The notes: generated by a model from the letters alone, not told the origin. DNA of 38,240 nt from a virus (IMGVR_UViG_3300020043_004889:1-38240), one strand, 5' to 3'. Counted from the stretch's first letter, positions 8,741-17,492 are shown. Numbers and translations: made by a program.

Positions 8741-11426
8741 ATATTCTGACTTCGATTGGTGAGTTTCTTAATTTTGAATCATCGTGTGCATGAGTCTGAG
8801 TTCTGCACGTTATGACCACAATGTTGCCATCGCTGTTGACGTAGGCAGAAGCAAGGTAGTCATGTTCTACATTGCCAATTATGACAAAAGTGTTTAGAGA
8901 ATCAAATGCTGTGGTCGGAGTACCGAGATACTCTCCAACGGCTGTGCGAGTCCATGTGATATCACCGATGTTGTCAGCCAATACCACGGCAGTCGGGTCA
9001 TCAGTTCCACTCTGCGTTAGTAGTGCGACATATGTCTGACCAACAGCAGCAGCTCCGTTGATGCGAGGTGTGATGATACCATCCTCTTGGAGTGTTCTGT
9101 TGTCACCGATAACTAAGCCACGAACTCCATCACCGATGTTGTTGCCGGTGCCACGCACGATGACATCGTATCCTGATAGGTTGACATTCGCCTCTGTTGA
9201 TCGTGTAGATAAATTGGTGCTGTGAGATGCGGCAGTGATTGGTGGTGAGACTGGTGCGCCTGGATTCGTTACGAATGGAGCGAGGTCAATCTCAGTGTCT
9301 ATGCTGATGAGCTCCACCTTGGTAGGCACATCTGCATTGGCATCATAGTCGATGACCTTGTTGATGTTCCACCATGAGTTGTCGATGCGAATCTTGTCAT
9401 TGAGCTTGAGCGTTTGGATATCTGCCTCATTGAGGTGGAAGTAAGCCACCAACATCTTGCCCACGTTTATCTGGTTGACTGTCCTTCTCCAGTACAGATT
9501 GTAGAGCGTGTTCGCAGTCAGTGTGCTCGGTGTATAGTAGTAGTAGTCGCAAGTTGCGAAGTTGATGTCAAATGATGGTGTGAGCGCATCATCAAAGTGA
9601 CCGAGCATCGGATAGGTAGTGATGCCAAGCTCACCCGTTGTACCGTACTCAATCAAGTCCCATGAGCCGCACGTCTGCTCTCCACCATCATACAAGATGC
9701 GGATGTTGGTCTTGGGTGCTTCACCATTCAATGATGGCACATAAGCATCGAATGAAGTGGCTACCACTGGAGTCGGTGAGAAGATGAGCTCCTTGGTCTC
9801 TGTGTCACGCACATATTCATTCTCAAAGGTATACTCGAGCTGACCATAAATCTCGTCAGTCATCTGAGTGTAAACCACATTCGGTGAATCGTTATCTGCC
9901 TTGTATGTGAGCTTGAGCTTCTTGCTCGTGAGGTCTGGAAGGAAGATGAGATTCTGCTCTCTGTCCTTCATCAGCTTCTGCGACCAATCCTTCTCTGCTC
10001 CGCTGTCATAGTATTCGTCACGATGGCGAAGGATGAGCTTGTTTGGTTGGTCTGTGTCCGTATCAGCATAGAGGTTGTACATCTGAAAGATTGACTTGAT
10101 GTAGTCGCTCTGCTTGATTTTGAGTGGCACATATTGGTTGATGTCCAGGATGCCTCCAATCACTTGAATGTTGGCAGTTGGAAGGATGCGAACTCTCAGG
10201 CTGTTGACCTTGACCACAAGATTCACAGCAGCCAATGCGCTTGTCGATACATCAAACCAAGCAGTGAATCCGGTGTAGCTACCAACTTGAATCTGAAACG
10301 TAGTGCCAGCGATGAGGATTCCAGCTCCAGATGTGCTCTCTGAAATGGCAACAGTCCCCGTCTTGGTTCCGCTTGTCAATAGTGTCTGACCTGGTGTGAG
10401 CGTGGTATTGATTGGAAGTGTCTGCGTTGGTGCGATGTTGCTGAACTGACCCACATATGAGCCGAATGCAGCAGCGATGCGTGGTCTTGCATTCTGAGCG
10501 TTGTTGCTGTTGATGACATCACTTGCTGTTGTGTTGTCAATCATGAAGTCGAAGTTGACCTCATACTCCATGGTGTAGCCTTCGCCAGCTGATGCAGTGG
10601 TTGTGATTGGTATGGTGTAGACTCCAGTCGTTGGATTGAATGAGCCTTGCACGTCAGTGATTTCAGTCCACCCAGTTACGTCATCATAAGAGCCGAATGA
10701 GTTGGTCGGAGTGTTCACATCGAATGGTCCATCGGTAGCCTCCACCAAATAATCAGCTGTATCAAATGTGTTGCTGTCACCATTGTAAGGAATCAACAGC
10801 TTGTCGAAGCGAGCAGATGCCAGGTCACTCCATTCGTATTGGAAGCCAGCAGTGGCGAAGATGCGGTCAAAGTATGTCTTGGCATAGATGGCTGGCTTCA
10901 TCTGACGGACATTATATATGTTGTCAGTGTCATATGGCAGAACATACTTGAAGCCGTCAGTGATCGTGTTGTTGAATGTTGCCACGATGTCAGCAGCCGA
11001 GAAGGTATGGTTGAGGTCAGTGAAGTCCAGGTCAGTCAGGTCCTTGTTGGCGATGGCTGTAAAGAACTCCACTCTCGTATCCTTGATTAGGACCTCATAT
11101 TCGACAGCTTGCTCATAGGCATCTGTCTGCTGATTCTTGTTGACTGACAGCAACTGGAGCAGCGCATCCTCCATGATGGGCACCCCGTTCTGGATGACGC
11201 TGCACTTGGTCAGTGCATTGATGTTGAATGTGCCAGCAGAGATGTTGACATCATAGTAGTGGTTGAGCAAATCGTTGTTGTTCTTGCTGCCCACCAATGT
11301 GATGGTCTTGGAGAAGGCTCCGCTGCGCTTGGTGAGGTCACGAATGTCCCCGACTGCGAAGTTCAAAGGGAATACTGTCCCCTCCTTCACATCGAGGAAT
11401 CCATTCTCAAGTTGAATTCTAACCAT
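8733..11426 (-). CDS. Large tail tip/baseplate hub protein
   Basis: 897 aa; N-terminal LD....FPLNF...DI.D...R.G.FSKT and Q.D.IKSI.QMYNL motifs typical of Bacteroidota siphovirus tail proteins; next to the tape measure gene. Confidence 0.7.
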   Translation of the reverse strand: MVRIQLENGFLDVKEGTVFPLNFAVGDIRDLTKRSGAFSKTITLVGSKNNNDLLNHYYDVNISAGTFNINALTKCSVIQNGVPIMEDALLQLLSVNKNQQTDAYEQAVEYEVLIKDTRVEFFTAIANKDLTDLDFTDLNHTFSAADIVATFNNTITDGFKYVLPYDTDNIYNVRQMKPAIYAKTYFDRIFATAGFQYEWSDLASARFDKLLIPYNGDSNTFDTADYLVEATDGPFDVNTPTNSFGSYDDVTGWTEITDVQGSFNPTTGVYTIPITTTASAGEGYTMEYEVNFDFMIDNTTASDVINSNNAQNARPRIAAAFGSYVGQFSNIAPTQTLPINTTLTPGQTLLTSGTKTGTVAISESTSGAGILIAGTTFQIQVGSYTGFTAWFDVSTSALAAVNLVVKVNSLRVRILPTANIQVIGGILDINQYVPLKIKQSDYIKSIFQMYNLYADTDTDQPNKLILRHRDEYYDSGAEKDWSQKLMKDREQNLIFLPDLTSKKLKLTYKADNDSPNVVYTQMTDEIYGQLEYTFENEYVRDTETKELIFSPTPVVATSFDAYVPSLNGEAPKTNIRILYDGGEQTCGSWDLIEYGTTGELGITTYPMLGHFDDALTPSFDINFATCDYYYYTPSTLTANTLYNLYWRRTVNQINVGKMLVAYFHLNEADIQTLKLNDKIRIDNSWWNINKVIDYDANADVPTKVELISIDTEIDLAPFVTNPGAPVSPPITAASHSTNLSTRSTEANVNLSGYDVIVRGTGNNIGDGVRGLVIGDNRTLQEDGIITPRINGAAAVGQTYVALLTQSGTDDPTAVVLADNIGDITWTRTAVGEYLGTPTTAFDSLNTFVIIGNVEHDYLASAYVNSDGNIVVITCRTQTHAHDDSKLRNSPIEVRIYG

Positions 11427-12903
11427 TTATATTGTCCTGGTTTGCGAGGCGCACGCTGATTGATTGGCGCATCAAGTTCTTATTGCGTTGGTTGAGCATC
11501 TCATAGCTGTTGTTTTCAACGATGCATGGTTGATAAGCTGTCGACTCAGGAATATGAATCGGGCAACCATCCTCATCGATGAGCGGAATGCCATCCTCTG
11601 TGGTGACGTAGGTGACAATCTTGAGGAACGTCTGTGGTGACGTCATGAGCTCCTCGAAGTAGGTCGCCATGTTCTGCGTCATCCAGTTGGTGTTGAGGTC
11701 GATGCGCTTGGTGACGTTGGTGTTGAAGGTCTTGAAGCCGAACTCCTCTGTCTTGTATACCCATTGGTCAGATGCGTTGACGTAGCCAGCAACATCTTGG
11801 TTGTACATCTCACGACTAACCTCACCACGCTCATATGATTTGAGCTGGAAGGCGAATGATGACCATGAACCTAATCGGTCAAGGAACAATACATGATACT
11901 CAGAGATGAGCACTCTGCGGTCTAAATAGATGCGGTACTTGACAGAGTCTTGCTGCGGTAGTGTAGCTCCATTGCTGAAAAAGAATTCATACCACTCAAC
12001 AGTGTTGTCGATGAGGTCACCGGTACCTACCAGGATACCATAGTTGTTCGGACCCACTGGCACCTGGATGATGTCATTGAGCGTGCCTACCGATTTGTAG
12101 AACACATCTCCGTTGCTGTTCTCAAAGATTACTCTGTCAGTGCCTTTCGGGTTGAGCAGATTGAGATACAAGTCTTGACCCAATGTGCAGTAGAAATCAG
12201 CTGTCGGTTGGTTGGTCAGCCACATCGATGTTGATGCGTTGAGCTTGTAGTCAAAGTAGTCGTATGTCGGGAAGTCCAACCATCTGAAAGCTCCATTGAA
12301 CACATACTGATTCTCTATCTCAGTGATATCCCTGGTGATGGTCTTGCGCTTGTCAGCATAGCTCACCGAACCATCGATTGCAGCGTCAGTGATCGTGGAC
12401 CAATTGACGTTGACAACGAATGCCGAGCCAGTTGCGCTGACAACGGTGTGCAGTCCTTCGAGCTGTGGGTTGGCAACACCACCATCAGCTTGTGTGATGA
12501 TGACCTGGTCACCTGATGCGAATGAGTTGGTCACGTTTATCTGTACGCTGCCACTCGCATTCGTTAAGCTGCTTGTGTAGGCTACCTCATAGACATACTC
12601 CTCACCAATCTTCACATCATATTTGTAGTATGAATTCGGTGCGGCATAGTACGATGTGAGCTCTGTGTTCAAATCCCAGCTCACTTTGTTCTGGAGCAGC
12701 TTTGAGAGGTCCTCTTCACCATAGCCAGTACCGAATGTTGGTAGCACTTTGTACTCCGCAATCTTGTTGGCAGTGCCAGCCTCATAGACATCAAAGATGT
12801 AACGAAAGCCAGTGAGGTTCTTGTTGGTTGAGTCAACCTGGAACTTGACCGGATTGTATGCTGGTGTGAATACTTGAGGTGATGCGATGAGTGTCTGCGC
12901 CAT
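11419..12903 (-). CDS. Tail/baseplate structural protein (distal-tail-like)
   Basis: 494 aa; PAYNP N-terminus, FLDRLG.W and LNTNW......FEEL..SP C-terminal motifs; in the tail module. Confidence 0.65.
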   Translation of the reverse strand: MAQTLIASPQVFTPAYNPVKFQVDSTNKNLTGFRYIFDVYEAGTANKIAEYKVLPTFGTGYGEEDLSKLLQNKVSWDLNTELTSYYAAPNSYYKYDVKIGEEYVYEVAYTSSLTNASGSVQINVTNSFASGDQVIITQADGGVANPQLEGLHTVVSATGSAFVVNVNWSTITDAAIDGSVSYADKRKTITRDITEIENQYVFNGAFRWLDFPTYDYFDYKLNASTSMWLTNQPTADFYCTLGQDLYLNLLNPKGTDRVIFENSNGDVFYKSVGTLNDIIQVPVGPNNYGILVGTGDLIDNTVEWYEFFFSNGATLPQQDSVKYRIYLDRRVLISEYHVLFLDRLGSWSSFAFQLKSYERGEVSREMYNQDVAGYVNASDQWVYKTEEFGFKTFNTNVTKRIDLNTNWMTQNMATYFEELMTSPQTFLKIVTYVTTEDGIPLIDEDGCPIHIPESTAYQPCIVENNSYEMLNQRNKNLMRQSISVRLANQDNING

Positions 12904-13058
12904 TACTCCCCTTTTAGTGCTTTAAGTTCAGCGTACAAAGCGAGTAACTCAGCTTCTTTTTGCGCTACCAATTCCTCGGCGGTTGGTTCGTCAACCTCTA
13001 TAAATTCAACGCGAACAAGTCCGTTGTCGTCGTATATTTCGTTTCTTACTTGTGGCAT
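12903..13058 (-). CDS. Small protein after the tail fibre (putative fibre chaperone), 51 aa, not in the ORF track
   Basis: Hand translation MPQVRNEIYDDNGLVRVEFIEVDEPTAEELVAQKEAELLALYAELKALKGE*; TAATG coupling to the next gene. Confidence 0.7.
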   Translation of the reverse strand: MPQVRNEIYDDNGLVRVEFIEVDEPTAEELVAQKEAELLALYAELKALKGE

Positions 13059-13068
13059 AGTTAAAGTT

Positions 13069-13986
13069 TTATGCTGATGTTATTCCGACAAACGGAGCGT
13101 TTCCGTTTGCAGAGTTTACTGCGCCAAATGTTGTAGGAGCTGAACCAATTGGATAAGCAGTTGTTGGGTAAAAATAAGTTGTTGGTGCAGAAACTCCTCC
13201 GTGACCAATAAGTATCATGGTTGTTGCTGAAAGAAATGTGATTTGAGCCGTGCCTTGTGAATGCAAAGCAAGCCAATAAGTAGTTCCAGCATTAAAAGAA
13301 AATGATGCTATGGCGGTTTTGATTCCGTTTGTTGATAAGTCTAAGTTTGCACTTTCATACAATTTTTGGTCGGGTAGTCCATTGAGATTAGAGTAAATCA
13401 AAATTCTTGCCAGCGCTCCAGCTTGTAAGGTACTTACATTGATATAAAATGAAGCACTTGAAAAACTAACCATTGGTATAAAAGGCATGGCGTATATTCG
13501 TTGATTTGATAGCGCTGCAGTGGGTAAAGATAGCGCCGAAGTTATCATATAACTAACAGACCTACCACTAACAACCAAAGGCGCATGCACACCACTCGCA
13601 CCACCACCACCGCTATACTGCGGAATGTTCAAAGTGTCAGCAATCAAAGTCGCTGGGCCGCTTGTACCCGTTGTGGTTAGCGTCAATCCGTTTTGTTTGT
13701 CGTTAAACGTATTCCAGTCGGCAATGCTTAGATAGCCGTCTTGCGTGCCGTCAGCTTGGTCTATTGATATGTCAGGAGTAGTACCGCCCGTTGATACAAG
13801 CGGAGCCGTTGCCGTTACGTCAGTGACACCACCAGAGGATGCTGCTGCATCGATGATTTCTTGACCGGTGATTGATCGTGTGACGTAGCTGCCACTCTCA
13901 AGCGTTGATACCTCGAGTAGGTCAGTGCCTTCGAGGTTGGCTCCCTTGGGAGTCATCTGTGATATCTTCTGTGTTCTAAATGCCAT
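13069..13986 (-). CDS. Putative tail fibre/receptor-binding protein (likely start MAFRTQKIS)
   Basis: KISQM anchor, GVTDVTATAPL.STGG and DGYLS..DW.TFN.KQ fibre motifs, Gly linker, then an AT-rich beta-rich C-terminal domain. Confidence 0.7.
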   Translation of the reverse strand: MAFRTQKISQMTPKGANLEGTDLLEVSTLESGSYVTRSITGQEIIDAAASSGGVTDVTATAPLVSTGGTTPDISIDQADGTQDGYLSIADWNTFNDKQNGLTLTTTGTSGPATLIADTLNIPQYSGGGGASGVHAPLVVSGRSVSYMITSALSLPTAALSNQRIYAMPFIPMVSFSSASFYINVSTLQAGALARILIYSNLNGLPDQKLYESANLDLSTNGIKTAIASFSFNAGTTYWLALHSQGTAQITFLSATTMILIGHGGVSAPTTYFYPTTAYPIGSAPTTFGAVNSANGNAPFVGITSA

Positions 13987-13987
13987 C

Positions 13988-14290
13988 TTATGCAAGTACT
14001 AATTCGAGACCTGAGCCGTTAACTGCTCCTTCACAATAAACTCTATTAAATATTGTATCATTTTTAGGTGTTATTCTTAAGCCATTAGGTAAAACTTGAT
14101 TGCTTTGGAACATGTATTGCGTTGTCACGTCTGTGAGTGTTCCGTTGATATCAGAATAAATTGCAATAAAACTAATGCTACTGCCTCTCACGATTATTTG
14201 GTCAATTGGTAAACTTATCGCCACTGACCCACCAGATAAAAAAAATGTTCCGTTGTTAGCTACTAATTCGCCAAGTAAATTTGTGCCCAT
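13988..14290 (-). CDS. Hypothetical virion-module protein, AT-rich
   Basis: 100 aa ORF directly behind a late motif, between terL and the fibre gene. Confidence 0.65.
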   Translation of the reverse strand: MGTNLLGELVANNGTFFLSGGSVAISLPIDQIIVRGSSISFIAIYSDINGTLTDVTTQYMFQSNQVLPNGLRITPKNDTIFNRVYCEGAVNGSGLELVLA

Positions 14291-14297
14291 GTTTTTC

Positions 14298-14326
14298 TTT
14301 ATATTGCAAATTGTCAGCCAAATGTT
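14298..14326 (-). promoter_or_regulatory. Putative phage late promoter for the tail operon
   Basis: Minus strand aaacatttggctgacaatttgcaatataaagaaaaacATG. Confidence 0.65.
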
Positions 14327-15486
14327 TAGAAGGCGAAATACGAGTCATCGGTATAGTACTCCTGGCGGATGTGTGTGGCAGCGTAGCGGATGGCATCCAT
14401 GGCATCATCGAAGAGCTTCACGGGCTCATCTGTGATGATGTCTCCAACCTTTTTCCATTTGTAGTTCTCGTACTCCTTCTTGATGCGTGGGTCATCCTCA
14501 CAGACCACACCGAATGTCTTGATGTTGTCGATGCCCTTCTTGACCACCTTGTTTGCGTTCTGAACGTCATAGCCAGCGTTGTTCATCTCGGCAATGATTT
14601 CGGGTCGTGCGTAGTCAGCCACGATGGTCACATACTTCTCGATGCCCAGGTTGCCCATCTTGTCGATGAGGTTGGTGGTGGTCAGGTAGCTCTCATATAT
14701 GACCGGCTCGATGTAGATGTCATTGTCGCAGTAGTAGACTCTCACAAGGGCTGTCGGGTGATTGTATCCGAAGTCGAGCCCATAGACAAAGTTGACGAAC
14801 CTTGCCGGGCGATGCTTGACGAATGTCCAGTTGGAGTAGATGTTGCTCTTGCTGATGGCTTTCTCTCCGAGCGCATAGATTTGATACAGCGCCTCATCGG
14901 TTCGCTTGAGGTCCTCAATTTGTCGCTTGATGCTATCGGGGAGGAATGGGTTGTCCTTGTACGTTGACTTGATGATGACGCTCTCCTCCATCGGTAGGTC
15001 ATAGAGCCAGGATGATGACTCACTCGGGTTGTAGTCGAAGATGAGCTTGTGCTCGGTCCTCATGTTAAGCTGCTGAAAGTCCTCGAACCACAGCTCATTG
15101 GCTTCATTGCACCATCCGAGATGTCTCTTGCGACCCCTGATTTTTTGCTCATCATCGACTGAAAAGAACTCCACGATGCTTCCATTCGGGAAGGTGTAGA
15201 TGTGCTCTGACTTGTTGTGGCTCGTCACCTCATAGATACCCATCTCCTTCATGATTTCAAAGAAGTCACGCATGACTGTCGCCCTGAGAGCTGGGAAGGT
15301 CTTGCGCACGATGCTGACCACATTGCCAGGATTCTGCAAGCAGTACACCACGATCATTTGGCATAGCGAGTAGGTCTTGCTGGAGCGGCTTCCACCCTCA
15401 TTGATGATGAAGCGCACACCAGGGTCAGCCAATGCGGTGTAGTTCTTTTCGAAGATGACAGTGCTGTCGATTGAGATTTCAGCCAT
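14326..15486 (-). CDS. terL: Terminase large subunit, PBSX family
   Basis: Walker A EGGSRSSKT, Walker B WCNEANE, DYNP coupling motif, nuclease GLDFG and DDAMDAIRY. Confidence 0.95.
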   Translation of the reverse strand: MAEISIDSTVIFEKNYTALADPGVRFIINEGGSRSSKTYSLCQMIVVYCLQNPGNVVSIVRKTFPALRATVMRDFFEIMKEMGIYEVTSHNKSEHIYTFPNGSIVEFFSVDDEQKIRGRKRHLGWCNEANELWFEDFQQLNMRTEHKLIFDYNPSESSSWLYDLPMEESVIIKSTYKDNPFLPDSIKRQIEDLKRTDEALYQIYALGEKAISKSNIYSNWTFVKHRPARFVNFVYGLDFGYNHPTALVRVYYCDNDIYIEPVIYESYLTTTNLIDKMGNLGIEKYVTIVADYARPEIIAEMNNAGYDVQNANKVVKKGIDNIKTFGVVCEDDPRIKKEYENYKWKKVGDIITDEPVKLFDDAMDAIRYAATHIRQEYYTDDSYFAF

Positions 15487-15548
15487 AGGTCAAAGTTTAG
15501 GCAATGCAGTAGCCATAGGACAGAATTCTCTCCCATGACAGCTGACAG

Positions 15549-15556
15549 CAAATATA
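15549..15556 (-). promoter_or_regulatory. Sigma-A -7 element (TATATTTG) between terS and terL
   Basis: caaatata on the plus strand in the intergenic region; no clear -33 box. Confidence 0.5.
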
Positions 15557-15565
15557 CTAAATATA

Positions 15566-15988
15566 TTACTCTGTCGGTCTAATTATGTTCACCTTCACCT
15601 CGGAGATGCTCTGCCCTCCAGAAGTGATGTCAGTCTTTTCAGTCAGACCATTCAGACGCTGAGTGATGGAAGGGTTGTACTGCCCAGCCATACCTCCCTC
15701 GATTTGGTCTTGCTTGATGGTTGCCTCTATCGTGCGACAGATTGTGGCGTAAGCTGAATATCTCCCCTCGCTATTTGCGAAGTAATCTTCAACGCTCTTA
15801 TGCTTCTCTGCTGCCCATGAGCGGAATCCAACCATTGTAAGTGGTCTCTCGAGCGGTACCGGAACTGGCTCTCCAGTCTTATTTGAAAGCTGATACTGGT
15901 ATCTTGGATTGTCTTTGCACCATTTGCGGAACTCAACAAAGAGTTGCCACATATCTTCAGGTGTTTCTATGTGTTTTACTCTTCCCAT
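15566..15988 (-). CDS. terS: Terminase small subunit (P22 gp3-like DNA packaging protein)
   Basis: TPE.MW..F, RPLT..GF and GG..G.YN.SI..RL.GL motifs; immediately upstream of terL. Confidence 0.85.
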   Translation of the reverse strand: MGRVKHIETPEDMWQLFVEFRKWCKDNPRYQYQLSNKTGEPVPVPLERPLTMVGFRSWAAEKHKSVEDYFANSEGRYSAYATICRTIEATIKQDQIEGGMAGQYNPSITQRLNGLTEKTDITSGGQSISEVKVNIIRPTE

Positions 15989-16329
15989 TATATCAATCCT
16001 AATCCTTTAAGTTTACTTTCTGCCCAATCGAGTCCAGTCTTGCCACCCCATAGAAGGAATGAAACGTATCCACAGTCCTCTGGTGCTGAGTCCTCGAATG
16101 TAGGTTCTGCCCTGGATAGGTATGAGTACATTCGTTTGATTGTATCCACAGAGATTGGCTCCTTGTTTGCGAGCTGCTGTCCTCTGACCTTCCCGACTTG
16201 TGTGGCGCACTTGTTTCCGAGTTCTTTATTGAGCTCGATGCCTCTGCGTGCGTTGTTTCTCACGCTGTCAGGATAGTCTGAGTAGGTTTTCTCTGCGAAT
16301 GCCTCTCTATATTTACTCAGTGGGTCCAT
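15988..16329 (-). CDS. Conserved phage protein with an LWGG motif (likely start MDPLSK, 113 aa)
   Basis: YP..VRNNA.R, T.VG..R..QLA, RMYSYLSR and LLWGG motifs recall a domain common in phage head modules. Confidence 0.7.
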   Translation of the reverse strand: MDPLSKYREAFAEKTYSDYPDSVRNNARRGIELNKELGNKCATQVGKVRGQQLANKEPISVDTIKRMYSYLSRAEPTFEDSAPEDCGYVSFLLWGGKTGLDWAESKLKGLGLI

Positions 16330-16558
16330 TGGTTTTCTTTTTGCGTTTTGGTTTTGGAGCTTCCTCTTGCTCGATGCCCTCATACTTGATGCAGACCTCT
16401 GGTTCAGTTGTTGTCTCCTTCTCAAATAGATATCCAAATCCTATGCTGACATAGTACTGATATCTCTTGATATCTATATTGTCAACAACGACTGTCATGT
16501 TTCCGAGCGAGGTATTCTTGACGATAGTCTTGCCCTTGTATTCATCTTTTATTTTCAT
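16313..16558 (-). CDS. Hypothetical protein
   Basis: 81 aa with a basic tail, overlapping both neighbours in the operon. Confidence 0.65.
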   Translation of the reverse strand: MKIKDEYKGKTIVKNTSLGNMTVVVDNIDIKRYQYYVSIGFGYLFEKETTTEPEVCIKYEGIEQEEAPKPKRKKKTNGPTE

Positions 16559-17075
16559 AGTGTATTGATTTAAGTGTGCTTTTTATGTCAGAGATTAAGT
16601 AGTGCGCTGACGTCACTGGGATGTTGAAATACTGCGCCATAGATCGTGCAGTTGTGAGTCCTTTGTCGAAGTATGCCTTTGCGACTGCAATCTTCACGTT
16701 GTCTGTGAGCCCATCTCGATAGATGTCCACCGATGACTTCCATCCCTGGTACTGCTGCTCGATGGCGATTTTGTAGTTTAGGTCCTCCCCATCATCGAAA
16801 GTGTCCGGAACTGCGAGTTCTGATGCCAGGATTCGCTCATCCTTGAAGCTGTTGACGTTCTTCCAAATCACCTGGCGCTTAATTGAGTTGAGAATATAGC
16901 TCTTTACCTTCCCGACATCCTCTGTATTGTCATTGATTTCGATGCAGTGCAGATAGGCATTGGAGATGACTGTATCAATCGTCAGCTTCGGATTGTACTT
17001 GGAGCAGAAATAGCGCGTATAGCGATATAATTCCTCATAGTGAGACGATATGTAGCGGTCAAGCGTTGCCTTCAT
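16542..17075 (-). CDS. Putative ECF-type sigma-factor-like late transcription regulator
   Basis: 177 aa; HYEELYRY..DTVISNAYL...KSYILNSIK resembles region 2; C-terminal TARSMAQYFNIPVTSAHYLI is HTH/region-4-like; upstream of the packaging genes. Confidence 0.6.
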   Translation of the reverse strand: MKATLDRYISSHYEELYRYTRYFCSKYNPKLTIDTVISNAYLHCIEINDNTEDVGKVKSYILNSIKRQVIWKNVNSFKDERILASELAVPDTFDDGEDLNYKIAIEQQYQGWKSSVDIYRDGLTDNVKIAVAKAYFDKGLTTARSMAQYFNIPVTSAHYLISDIKSTLKSIHYENKR

Positions 17076-17259
17076 ACCAGTTGGTGAAGTCTTTGTACCA
17101 GATTTTGCGTCTGATTTGCGAGCAGAAGCATTCCTTGTCAGGCTGTCCGGTCTCGCTGACCTTGATTCGCTTGAGTTGGTTCAGCACTTTCTTGGTGAGA
17201 CGTTCTTTCTCATCCATTTCTTGCACTGCTTTGATGTATTCTATTTGCTCTCTATCCAT
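17059..17259 (-). CDS. Hypothetical protein with a CFC motif (likely start MDREQ, 66 aa)
   Basis: Fills the operon gap and overlaps both neighbours. Confidence 0.6.
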   Translation of the reverse strand: MDREQIEYIKAVQEMDEKERLTKKVLNQLKRIKVSETGQPDKECFCSQIRRKIWYKDFTNWYEGNA

Positions 17260-17492
17260 TCGCTGATGATGTAGGCAACCATCGCTGTGATTGCTGCCGT
17301 ATATATATTGCCTGAGATTGCCAGAGCAGTCCAAAATGAGGTGCACTTCCAGCAACCAAAGCCAGCGTGAATGTAATCACCGAGCTTGGTGCTTGGAATC
17401 ACTCTCATGAAAGTGAAGTCGATGAGCCAGTGCAGAGGTTCGAAGTTGGCAATGAGCCACCCGAGTGCGAGGTATGATAGTATCAGTTCCAT
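17241..17492 (-). CDS. Small membrane protein with CxxC (DUF1360-like)
   Basis: 83 aa hydrophobic protein containing GCWKCTSFW. Confidence 0.6.
   Translation of the reverse strand: MELILSYLALGWLIANFEPLHWLIDFTFMRVIPSTKLGDYIHAGFGCWKCTSFWTALAISGNIYTAAITAMVAYIISEWIESK

Larger units (their letters stand above)
1..8889. repeat. Long diverged direct repeat, copy 1 (head/tail module)
   Basis: Position 1 ccaggtatctgatgaggcgcatctcaaagaatga matches 29365; the same genes follow in the same order, with offset 29364 at the left and 29351 at the right. Confidence 0.97.

Noticed and set aside
11424-11436. caatataaATG before the tail-tip gene, resembling the late motif
   Set aside because: It lacks the TG of TGCAATATAA and the upstream AACA, and lies within the overlapping upstream CDS.
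13069-13986. Diversity-generating retroelement acting on the tail fibre
   Set aside because: No reverse transcriptase and no template/variable repeat pair with adenine-specific mismatches.
14281-14967. 228 aa plus-strand ORF and similar antisense ORFs (7725..8168, 37523..38113, 50..406)
   Set aside because: They lie fully opposite well-supported genes and show no motifs or initiation signals.
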